IMG/VR virus record: IMGVR_UViG_3300032116_000172
DNA: 64,000 nucleotides
DNA from: an uncultured virus (IMG/VR IMGVR_UViG_3300032116_000172)
Lineage: Duplodnaviria; Heunggongvirae; Uroviricota; Caudoviricetes
Direction: 5' to 3' (one strand)
Below the pieces are notes generated by a model. It was not told where the DNA came from, ran no database searches, and saw only the letters and a program-made list of their open reading frames with translations. Both the position numbers and the translations under genes were made by a program. How positions within the stretch are numbered: position 1 is the first letter of the stretch; each line of letters starts with the position of its first letter. This document shows positions 26,424 to 35,590 of this stretch, piece after piece.

Positions 26424-29279
26424 ATGCAAACAATAGAATTCTTAAAGTCAGTCCTGAGTGATGAAGGTTACTACTGCACTATCAGTATCAATCTTGAGAC
26501 TGAGGAAACAGTGCGGAAGTTGCATTCGTCTATCGAGGAAGCGTATGAACGGGCAAAAGAAATATCGGAGAATGGGTTAAATGCGTACTTCTCAACCGCC
26601 ACGTTCGAAACTGATAAATCGAGTAAGGCTGCTAATGTAAAACACAAGAAAGCGTTCTATCTGGACATCGATTGCGGCCCGACAAAGGCTGTACCGAATC
26701 AATACGGTAGGATCGAAGGGTACATAGACCAAGCGACAGGACTCGCCGAACTACGCAAATTTTGCAAAGTAATGTCCTTACCTAAACCCACACTGGTCAA
26801 TTCCGGTAGGGGTATTCATGCGTACTGGGCGTTGACCGAAGTTATATCGGTAGATGATTGGTTACCTATAGCGGAGAAACTTAAGGAAGCATGTAAGCTA
26901 AACAACTTAATAGTTGACCCCGCAGTTCCGTCGGACGCAGCACGTATATTGCGTGTGCCGGGTACGCTGAATTACAAAGACACGCCGCCGTCAAACGTAG
27001 ATGTATTAGGGGAATTTGCTCCCTCCGTATCTTTGGAGAAGTTCGCTGAGTGCTTCGAAGATATTACCGTAAGCGGCGGTAAGTATGTACCGAACGTAAT
27101 GGATGACGTTACCAATGCGTTAGCAGGTAGCTATAGTAATTCGTTCAAGCTGATTATGCAGAAGACCGCAGCGGGTAAAGGCTGCGCACAGTTGGGGTAC
27201 GCGTACACTAATCGAGACAAGATTAGCTACCCACTATGGATCGCTGCATTATCGGTAGCCAAGTTCTGTACAGATGGTGAGAAGGCAATACATAAAATAT
27301 CGTCGGGGCATCCTGACTACGATCCAACAATAACTGAGAAGCGTGTAGCACCAATCAAAGGGCCATACCGGTGCACAACGTTCGATGAGTATAACCCCGG
27401 GGTGTGCGGCAATTGTCCGTTTAAAGGCAAGTTTGGTAGTCCGATTGTGCTCGGACGTGAGGTTCAAGAAGCAAGCGAAGAAGACAACATTGTTCAAGAT
27501 CGCCCAGAAATAAACACTGAGATACCGCTACAGACTTACGTAATACCACAGTATCCAGCCCCTTACTTCCGTGGCAAGGCGGGGGGAGTGTTTAAGAAAG
27601 CCAAAGATAAAGAGGGTGATCCTATCGAAGTGGCCGTGTACCACAATGATATGTACATCACTCGGCGCTTGAACGACCCGGATGTTGGAGAGTCAGTTGT
27701 TATGCGGCTGCATCTACCCAAAGATGGCGTAAGAGAATTTACGGTGCCATTGGTTAACTTGCTATCTAAAGATGAGTTTAGAAAGAGTGTCGCCCCTAAA
27801 GGGGTTGCGGTGTTGGATATGGGAGAACTTATGTCGTATACAAATTCATGGGTGAATAAGCTGCAAGCTACGACATCCGCAGATATAGCACACCGTCAAT
27901 TTGGTTGGACAGATGATCGTAAAGTTGCATTCATAGTAGGTGAAAAAGACATTCGTGGCGACCGCGTGGACATAAACCCACCGTCAAAATCCACGGCTAC
28001 ATTGTTCCCGGCGTTTGAAAGTAAAGGGACTATTGAAGGGTGGCGAGGGATCATGGAGTTCTATAACCGTCCCAAAATGGAGCTTCATCAATACGTTATT
28101 GGGTTGAGTTTTGGATCGCCGCTGGTAGCGTTCACCCCGGTCAATGCAAGCCTGTTTCACATGTACAGTAAAGATACAGGTGTGGGTAAAACCACCGCAT
28201 CGAAAGCAGCACTTGGTATCTGGGGGAACCCTGATCAACTGATCATGCAGGAGCGAGATACCCCTAACTCTAAGATGAACCGCCTTGAGATGTTGAAGAA
28301 CGTCTTTGCCGTGTTCGACGAGTTAACCAACATCGAGCCTAAAGACGCAAGCGATATGATGTATCAGATCACTGGCGGCTTGCAGCGTAACCGACTATCT
28401 GGTGAGGGTAATAAAGAAAGATTCCGTGGAGCGCCGTGGCACACAAACGCGGTCAGCACAGGGAACACCAGCTTGCTAGAGCGTGTCAGCTTGTACAAAG
28501 CAGTACCGAAAGCAGAAGCAGGGCGTGTACTTGAGTACCGGGTTGAGCCGCATAAGTTTGATTCCAAAGCAGAAACGGACGACCTGAGCGTGGCAATCAC
28601 TCAGCATTACGGTCACGCGTGTATGCCGTACATGCGGTATGTGATCGAAAACTTATCTGAAGTTCAGGAGCTATTTAAAGACACGCAAAGACGTATTGAC
28701 ATTGCAGCAGGGCTGTCCCAACCACACCGGTTCTGGTCAGTTCAGGCAGCATCGAGTATTACAGGATCGATTATCGCCAAACGAGTCGGCTTGGTTAACT
28801 TCGACATCCCCGCGCTTGTGGCATGGGTCATTGAAATGTTGATCACGGCGAAGGGCGAGATTGAGCAAATGAGCGGCACGGTCGAAGACCTCCTAGCCAG
28901 CTTTTTGTCCGAGAACTATAACAACGTATTGCGTATACGTAGCACTGACGACGCCCGTGGTTCCAACGCAGATGCGCTAGAACATCTTATTGTTCCAGAC
29001 GCTACGCCGAGGATGACGCTGGTCGCCCGATATGAGTACGACGTTAAGAAAATGTACATCCTGCCAAAACCATTAAAGCAGTGGTGTGTTCGTAACCAAC
29101 ACAACTATTCGGCGCTAGTAAATGGGCTGAAGGAAGGTAAGACTAAGGCGGTGTCTAAAAAGATACGTATGGGTAAAGGTACCAACATGAACTTGCCCTC
29201 CGCCGACGTCTGGGTTCTGGACTGCACTGAGTTTAGTGATGACGAACTACCGGTTATAAATGTCGCCGATCCAACCTGA
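26424..29279 (+). CDS. AEP/RepB-like primase fused to DUF927-type and P-loop helicase domains
   Basis: YLDID, NSGRGIHAYW, ILRVPGTLNYK; Cys cluster; QFGW; Walker A TGVGKT, Walker B VFDE. Confidence 0.85.
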   Translation: MQTIEFLKSVLSDEGYYCTISINLETEETVRKLHSSIEEAYERAKEISENGLNAYFSTATFETDKSSKAANVKHKKAFYLDIDCGPTKAVPNQYGRIEGYIDQATGLAELRKFCKVMSLPKPTLVNSGRGIHAYWALTEVISVDDWLPIAEKLKEACKLNNLIVDPAVPSDAARILRVPGTLNYKDTPPSNVDVLGEFAPSVSLEKFAECFEDITVSGGKYVPNVMDDVTNALAGSYSNSFKLIMQKTAAGKGCAQLGYAYTNRDKISYPLWIAALSVAKFCTDGEKAIHKISSGHPDYDPTITEKRVAPIKGPYRCTTFDEYNPGVCGNCPFKGKFGSPIVLGREVQEASEEDNIVQDRPEINTEIPLQTYVIPQYPAPYFRGKAGGVFKKAKDKEGDPIEVAVYHNDMYITRRLNDPDVGESVVMRLHLPKDGVREFTVPLVNLLSKDEFRKSVAPKGVAVLDMGELMSYTNSWVNKLQATTSADIAHRQFGWTDDRKVAFIVGEKDIRGDRVDINPPSKSTATLFPAFESKGTIEGWRGIMEFYNRPKMELHQYVIGLSFGSPLVAFTPVNASLFHMYSKDTGVGKTTASKAALGIWGNPDQLIMQERDTPNSKMNRLEMLKNVFAVFDELTNIEPKDASDMMYQITGGLQRNRLSGEGNKERFRGAPWHTNAVSTGNTSLLERVSLYKAVPKAEAGRVLEYRVEPHKFDSKAETDDLSVAITQHYGHACMPYMRYVIENLSEVQELFKDTQRRIDIAAGLSQPHRFWSVQAASSITGSIIAKRVGLVNFDIPALVAWVIEMLITAKGEIEQMSGTVEDLLASFLSENYNNVLRIRSTDDARGSNADALEHLIVPDATPRMTLVARYEYDVKKMYILPKPLKQWCVRNQHNYSALVNGLKEGKTKAVSKKIRMGKGTNMNLPSADVWVLDCTEFSDDELPVINVADPT

Positions 29280-29466
29280 TGGAGTTCCTATCTTCGTGGC
29301 ATGGCACGACCTTGTTATCGGAGGATCAGTTTTCATTCCAGCAATAAACCTGACCAAGCTGCGTAAGCAGATGACAAAAGAGGCCGAGCGGCGTGGGTTC
29401 AGGGTTGTTGGATGGGAGCGGATTGAATCGGGGAAGTTGGGTATGCGGTTCTGGCGAGTTCTATGA
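29260..29466 (+). CDS. small hypothetical protein
   Basis: 68 aa, last gene of the rightward arm. Confidence 0.6.
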   Translation: MSPIQPDGVPIFVAWHDLVIGGSVFIPAINLTKLRKQMTKEAERRGFRVVGWERIESGKLGMRFWRVL

Positions 29467-29469
29467 TAG

Positions 29470-29547
29470 GATCAAATCGACGGCGTGGCCGTCTCTCGCT
29501 TCTCCTCACCCCGAGGAGTTTCCCCGGCCTAGAGCCGGGGTTTTTTT
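29470..29547 (+). ncRNA. candidate trans-acting anti-RBS small RNA
   Basis: Hairpin, pyrimidine-rich TCTCGCTTCTCCT, hairpin, terminator; 12-nt and 11-nt perfect complementarity to RBSs at 24757-24768 and 25425-25435. Confidence 0.55.
29522..29547 (+). terminator. intrinsic terminator at the convergence of the two arms
   Basis: CCCCGGC-CTAGA-GCCGGGG-TTTTTTT. Confidence 0.88.
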
Positions 29548-32500
29548 AGTCCTCATCAAACGGGTTGATAACGTCCTCGTAGATGTCGCCGTAGCCTTCA
29601 TCGAACTCACGAGCGTTCTGTAGCAACTCACTCCGCATACCTTTACTTAACGTAATCCCGTGGTACATGGTAGCGGACGTCTTAGCGTGTTGCCGCATCG
29701 AAGTGATAATCGTGTCGGCGTCAATCCCAAGTCCGGGGTGTTTCTTCTGTAGCTTCATCAAATCTTGGAGGGCCTCCTGTGCTTTGGAGGTATCGCCAAA
29801 ACGTGTTGCCACATAGAACTGTCGGAGCAGCTTAGTCTTCTTCTCGTTAACCGACTTGTCTAAACCTTTCTCGGTCGCGTTGATTTCAAGCTGGCGAGTG
29901 TACTCTGCGGGGGCAAAACCGAACGCTTGCGCGAATACGTTCCAAGCCCCTACGTCCCCAGTAATAGGGTCACCCCGCAAGGTAGTTGTACCTTCAGTGG
30001 CGTAACGGTGGGCTTTTAGTATATTGGCGATGGCCGAGGGCAGCATAGCCTCAATACCGCGCTCGGTATGCCCTTCGGAAATAAGTTTCAAACCTCTTTC
30101 CATGCGGCTGGCTACACCGAAAACCGGGCCGCCCATCGTCTCGGCTAACGAGGCAACAACGGAAGTAGACTCAGAGTATTTCTGGTCACGGAAGATCAAG
30201 TCACTCAAGCCAATACGAGATGCAATATCTAGCCCAGTGGTGGCGTTGATTGCCCCGCTGTACACACCCTCACCCAAGAACTTACGGGTGGCTGTGTCGA
30301 AGTCATCTTCGTCATCATCCTTAAACATGTTGTATAGCATGGCTACCATGCCGAACATTGGCAGGCCACGTGCACCAGCAAACAATGCAGCCGAACCATA
30401 TATGCCTGCGATCTGCCGCATAGCCGCTGCGCGGGTTTGACCGTCGGCACCACGGAGAGCATCCCTAGCAGTCTTGAACAACAAGTAGTACATGGACGCG
30501 CCGTAGCGTTTGAACATGAACATAACTGCGCCTAAACCGCTTTGTGCAATCCGGGGGGCAGCAGCGGCAGATGTACCGCCATTAGTCATTTCAGTCATGT
30601 ACACGGCATTCTCAGCCGCTTCAATCATAGCCGCTTCGTCTATCTTACGGCCACCTGCTTTCATCTTGTCCAGCTCTAGGTTGTATGCCGCGATCATTGT
30701 GATCTGGCGGTTCATACGTTCGCCGTGATGGAAGACAAAGCCAGACGCGGCGTTGATCCGATCCAACATACTGCTTTTTGAATCAGTAACTTCTAACGTA
30801 TCGTAAAGTTGTGAGCGGTTAAGCTGCCCAAGTCTGCCTGCGACGTCCGACAAAACTTTCAAACGTTTAACATCTTCAGGTGTATCTTTGGCATCGAAGT
30901 TATAGTTATCCAAAGAAGGGGCGGCGTTGACGGTGGTCTTCTCTTTACCATCTACAGGTACAAACGTTTTAACGTCACGCTGGAACCCACTCTGAGTATA
31001 AATACGTGTAGCGTTAGCAAGAGCTTTTGTTGCAGCTACCGTACCGTACTTACCACCAAGATAAGGAGCTACGATCAACGGTACTTGTGCCACGTTGACT
31101 ACGGCTGACGATACGTTAAAGCCCAACGTCATATTAAAACCGAACGACCTAGCAATCTTTGACCACTTAGGAATCTGTGGGCTGATAGCAAACTGAATGT
31201 GTTCGTTTAGCGCATCAACGTATGGCTTGGCATCTTCAGGCTGACCGGCGGCTCTAAACTCTTTCTCTATATCGTCACGGAGTTGCGATAACTTCGCACC
31301 ATACTCCATGTTGGCAAGCTGGCGAGAGATGCTAATAGTCTTCTGGCGCAGCGCACGAACCGCATCTTCCTTAAAGCCCAACGTACCTTTACGTGCTTGG
31401 AAAGCTTTAGCGAATGAAGTCTCTGGCAGCGTAGACAAGAAGAACCGCATAACTTCTTCGGTTACGTCCGCGTTTACCTTGTTGGCTTCTAGCGTTTTCA
31501 GTACGCCGTTGATAAACGACGTGGGCGGGGCATTACGGTAGTTAATGCTGGATAGGTTAGCAAACTTCTGGACGTTCGTAGCGCCAGCAGCTTCGTACTC
31601 TTTTATTGCCCGCTCACGCCCGCGCTTGGTTTCAAACGCCTCCACATACAGTTCCATCGTATTAGTACGTGGGTTCTTGGCGTGGTACGACAGCCAGTAC
31701 TGACCTTCACGGGTCAGCGGGAAGTATGGATCGAGTCCACCCCGTTCCGCCAAGCGGCTATAGATTTCGGTCTTGACAGCTTTTGCGCGTTCTTTGTCTT
31801 CAGTAGTGGCATCAATACGAGCATTAACAATACGTACAATCTCATCGTACAACTTCTTGTACGTGTCCCGCATAGTCTTATACAGCGCTACACCGTCAGG
31901 GCCAATAGCCTTGAGGTTGGCTTGCATTGCATCCCACTCTTTTTGCTGTTCTGGTTCTTTGTACGCGTCTCTTGGCTTGGTTGGGTCAACTTGTGCCAGC
32001 GTACTATCGTAGACAGTGGCGTTAAACGCATCGAGCTTGCCGGGGTTTTTGGTAGCCCATGTCTCAACTTTAGCCAGAATCGGTTCAATAGACTGATTAC
32101 GTAAGCTTTCGCTTCCCGCACGTTCAGACACTAAGCGATCTACCAGTGGGGCTTTTGGTATATAGGTCTTAGCTACGTCAACGAGCGCGTGCAAAGGTAG
32201 TGCAGAACGCACAATATCTTTTACTTTATCAGATACTTTTCCGGTCAAGAACTCATGGATACCGTCTATGTTCTCTTGTAGGCGGGGGGAGTTCAAGTAC
32301 GCCGCGTCTAGGTTCTTAAACACTTGCCCGCTGTTACCTGTAACAGATGCCATGTACAACGCACCAGCGTTACGCCTATCAGGAGCCGGAGCCAATATAG
32401 AAATAACTAAATCGTCTGTAGCATCTAATGCCGAACCTAATGGTTTGGTATCCATGCCGACCATGCGACGCAGGAAGTTACCAATCGTATTTACAAACCG

Positions 32501-35500
32501 CTGCCATGCAGTGATCTTGTCGCCTTTAGGATTGATAGCTTGCAGTTTGGCTTGGAACTCAGGGTTCGACATAGCCTCAGATACAAACTCATCCAAAGAT
32601 GTTGCACCGTATGCAGTATCAAGCCAACCCTTAACATCATTATAAAGTTGGGTTAGTTGCTTGGTAACAGGATGTGACTTGTTTGCGAGTGTGTTTGACG
32701 TAGCTGCGTGGACTGCCTCATGCAAGAACGTATGCACATTGAGGCCAGTGCTTTCGCTTAAACTAATCGTGTTTGTCTTAGGATCATACATACCCGCAAC
32801 AGACTGACCAGATTCATTCTTTAAGTTCTTAACGAACTTAACTTTAGTCTTACCGATTACACCTGCCAACTTATCTGCAACAGTAGACGCACGGCCTAGA
32901 TTCTGGTTAGCGATAATACGTAGAGCTTCAAGTACATTACCGGCGCGTAGCGCGTCAACCGCAGCAGGGTGCAGTTGGCGAGTTAATTCAGCACTAACAA
33001 GTAGATCAAATTCATCAGGCGGCTCAACAGACTCTTTTTCTGCGCGAGCTATGTTTTGTTGCTTGTTAAACTTAGCAAGCGCAACCGCAGCTTTAGATTC
33101 AGTAGTAACAAAGTAATGCTCAAGACGTTTGATCAGCGCCGCTTGGTCAGCTTCACTTAATGACTCGTAGAACGCCTTACCAAACTTACCGCCAGTACCG
33201 GGGGCAAAGTCGCCTTCAGTACCGAATTTGACCTTTTCAAACATTTTGCCAGCTAAAAGGTCGCTCGTTATACGGCGTAGTTCGGCTGCCGCATTTTTCT
33301 GTGGGTACGAAGCGTTGTATATATCGGCAGCAAGGAAGTCGATAGCTTTGGCTTTGTCCTCACCAGCCACTGCCATATAGGCGTAGGTGGCTAGTTTTTG
33401 CATAGGGTTCTTAGCTGCCTTTGGCTTCTCTTCTTTCTTCTCCGTTGGCTTGGTTTCTTTTGGTTTGGAAGGTTTAGATTCTTTTTTCTCTTCTTTCAGT
33501 GCAGCAAGCTTCTTTCCTTTTCCAGTTTTAGGCTGTGTAGTAACATCTCCAGCGCCGCCCACTCCATCACTTGGAGGTGTTGTAGTTCCTTCGGTACCTC
33601 CGGGAACTCCTGTTCCAGTATCAGCAGTGCTAGTTCCAGTTGGGGTAGGCTTAGGTTTGGTAGTTGGAACATTTTTAGTCTCCTGTTTAAGCACTCCACC
33701 TTTAGGGCCAAACATCTCACCCTGTGTGCGGAACAAGGGAGAAGCTAATAGATTTTGTAGCTTAGTACGTGTACCCGCAGCAATTCTTGGATTCTCCATG
33801 TACTGCTGGAATTCCTGCCGGATAAGTTCACGATCCGCAGCCACGCTGAAGTCTTTACCTTCTAGCCTCTGCCGCAGCGGCGCGGCTTTAGTAATTCCTA
33901 AGATGTCAAAGTGCTTTTGCGCAAGCGGTGCGGGGGCTTCTGGTTGTTCTTCGACCGCAGCAGGAACTTTAGGTTTAGGTACTCCGGGCAGTTGTAGCTG
34001 CTCTGGCTGACGTACCTTAGCTTGTTTCTCCTTGACCTCGCCTTGAAGCTGGGCCTCAGTCTCAGTTGACGGAGCGGAAGGCTCTACCTCCGGGGCTTCA
34101 GGTTCGGCTTTACGTACATCGTATGCACGTTGTATCAGATTGCGTTCACGCTCAGTAAATTGTGTGTTTGGGTATCCAGCTTTAAGAAGCGCTCCTTTGA
34201 ATTCGCCGGGGATGTTTTTAATTTGGGCGTCTTCTATGATCGGCAACAACAGGGCAAGACGCTTTTCTTCAGCAGTCTTAACCTCAGAAGCCTTCAACCT
34301 ACCATCTAGTTCGGCTAGGTCAGATTCAAATTTGAGGCGCTCCTGCTCTTGTTTAGCCGCATTGGCCTCACGTACCCTCTGGAGTTCCGCTTCGTTTTTA
34401 GCCGCAACTTCGGGGGCGATCTTTTCCGTCCGCATCATCTCTTCGATCTGCGCTGTTTCTGCTTGATCGACTAGATCGGGTTGCTGCATCGTGCGGGTTT
34501 CTTCCGCAGGGGGCGTAGCAAACAAGTCGCCCTGTCCGGGCTGTCCGTATTGTTCGGTTTTTATTTCTGGTACAGGAGCCTGCTCTTGTGTAAACAACTC
34601 ACCCTGTGTACCAACAGGGGGCGGCGCAGGGGGCATAGCTGCCGTTTCAGCAGCGCGTAATTCACTTGGGAACAAGTCACCCTGTGTTGCGGTAGGCGGC
34701 AGGCCCGCCGGTGGAGGTTGTTCACCTACTGGTTCTTGTCCTCCGGTAGTACCACGTCCATACCTACCACGCCGACCAATCGCAGCATCAACCAACAAGC
34801 TCGCCAACGCACCAACGCCAGCACCGTACGCGCCTTCTTCGCCAGACCCGGCAAGGATAGGCTGACTTGGGTCGTATATACCTTTAGCGATAAGGTTTTG
34901 CGCAACCCTTTGCGCGGCTTCCGTAGCACCTTCAACGCCACCTTTAACTAGAGCGCGTTTAATGAAGTTACCTGCTACCCGAAGTTCAGGAGCAACAACG
35001 TCTATCAGACCGGGCGCAATACCCAGCGCCGTAGCAAGACCACGTTCTTCCCCAAAAACACCTTTAGCTTCCGCAGCTTGTCTAGCTTCACCTGCACCCG
35101 CTGCACCTGCCACACCAACGGAGGCAAGCCTAGCCGCAGGGCCGAGCGCACCAAGCATGAAGAACGGGATGGTTGAGCCAAGTCCCTGACCAATGTTGCG
35201 GCCTATCGTGTCTTCGTACCCAGCTTCAGGGGCAAACGGATCAGACACCGACTTGACTATGTCATGTAGTTTAGAGCGGGCAGCTTTTTCTAAATCTTCA
35301 GGCAGCAACGCGGCAATACCTGCACCCGCAGTTTCTACCAAACCCGCCGCGCCGGGGATGATACCTTTAAAAGCTTCTTTGACTTGCCCACCAACGGTAG
35401 GTTCTTTGGGCGGTTCTGGTATGGGCTGACGCAAAGCAGCTATTTCTGCTTGTATCTTGGCGTACCTATCTTGCTGGGTTTGTTTTTGTACCGCCCGGAT

Positions 35501-35581
35501 CAGGTCTTCTTGACGAGCGTTTTCAGGCCCGGTGATTCGGTATACCGCACCATCGGGGGCAGTGATCTGATAGACCGCCAT
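29546..35581 (-). CDS. giant internal virion / DNA ejection protein with a zincin-like metallopeptidase domain
   Basis: 2011 aa; GA-rich N-terminus; GMYDP...FLHEAVH...EFVSE; last late gene. Confidence 0.7.
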   Translation of the reverse strand: MAVYQITAPDGAVYRITGPENARQEDLIRAVQKQTQQDRYAKIQAEIAALRQPIPEPPKEPTVGGQVKEAFKGIIPGAAGLVETAGAGIAALLPEDLEKAARSKLHDIVKSVSDPFAPEAGYEDTIGRNIGQGLGSTIPFFMLGALGPAARLASVGVAGAAGAGEARQAAEAKGVFGEERGLATALGIAPGLIDVVAPELRVAGNFIKRALVKGGVEGATEAAQRVAQNLIAKGIYDPSQPILAGSGEEGAYGAGVGALASLLVDAAIGRRGRYGRGTTGGQEPVGEQPPPAGLPPTATQGDLFPSELRAAETAAMPPAPPPVGTQGELFTQEQAPVPEIKTEQYGQPGQGDLFATPPAEETRTMQQPDLVDQAETAQIEEMMRTEKIAPEVAAKNEAELQRVREANAAKQEQERLKFESDLAELDGRLKASEVKTAEEKRLALLLPIIEDAQIKNIPGEFKGALLKAGYPNTQFTERERNLIQRAYDVRKAEPEAPEVEPSAPSTETEAQLQGEVKEKQAKVRQPEQLQLPGVPKPKVPAAVEEQPEAPAPLAQKHFDILGITKAAPLRQRLEGKDFSVAADRELIRQEFQQYMENPRIAAGTRTKLQNLLASPLFRTQGEMFGPKGGVLKQETKNVPTTKPKPTPTGTSTADTGTGVPGGTEGTTTPPSDGVGGAGDVTTQPKTGKGKKLAALKEEKKESKPSKPKETKPTEKKEEKPKAAKNPMQKLATYAYMAVAGEDKAKAIDFLAADIYNASYPQKNAAAELRRITSDLLAGKMFEKVKFGTEGDFAPGTGGKFGKAFYESLSEADQAALIKRLEHYFVTTESKAAVALAKFNKQQNIARAEKESVEPPDEFDLLVSAELTRQLHPAAVDALRAGNVLEALRIIANQNLGRASTVADKLAGVIGKTKVKFVKNLKNESGQSVAGMYDPKTNTISLSESTGLNVHTFLHEAVHAATSNTLANKSHPVTKQLTQLYNDVKGWLDTAYGATSLDEFVSEAMSNPEFQAKLQAINPKGDKITAWQRFVNTIGNFLRRMVGMDTKPLGSALDATDDLVISILAPAPDRRNAGALYMASVTGNSGQVFKNLDAAYLNSPRLQENIDGIHEFLTGKVSDKVKDIVRSALPLHALVDVAKTYIPKAPLVDRLVSERAGSESLRNQSIEPILAKVETWATKNPGKLDAFNATVYDSTLAQVDPTKPRDAYKEPEQQKEWDAMQANLKAIGPDGVALYKTMRDTYKKLYDEIVRIVNARIDATTEDKERAKAVKTEIYSRLAERGGLDPYFPLTREGQYWLSYHAKNPRTNTMELYVEAFETKRGRERAIKEYEAAGATNVQKFANLSSINYRNAPPTSFINGVLKTLEANKVNADVTEEVMRFFLSTLPETSFAKAFQARKGTLGFKEDAVRALRQKTISISRQLANMEYGAKLSQLRDDIEKEFRAAGQPEDAKPYVDALNEHIQFAISPQIPKWSKIARSFGFNMTLGFNVSSAVVNVAQVPLIVAPYLGGKYGTVAATKALANATRIYTQSGFQRDVKTFVPVDGKEKTTVNAAPSLDNYNFDAKDTPEDVKRLKVLSDVAGRLGQLNRSQLYDTLEVTDSKSSMLDRINAASGFVFHHGERMNRQITMIAAYNLELDKMKAGGRKIDEAAMIEAAENAVYMTEMTNGGTSAAAAPRIAQSGLGAVMFMFKRYGASMYYLLFKTARDALRGADGQTRAAAMRQIAGIYGSAALFAGARGLPMFGMVAMLYNMFKDDDEDDFDTATRKFLGEGVYSGAINATTGLDIASRIGLSDLIFRDQKYSESTSVVASLAETMGGPVFGVASRMERGLKLISEGHTERGIEAMLPSAIANILKAHRYATEGTTTLRGDPITGDVGAWNVFAQAFGFAPAEYTRQLEINATEKGLDKSVNEKKTKLLRQFYVATRFGDTSKAQEALQDLMKLQKKHPGLGIDADTIITSMRQHAKTSATMYHGITLSKGMRSELLQNAREFDEGYGDIYEDVINPFDED

Positions 35582-35590
35582 GAGCGCCTC

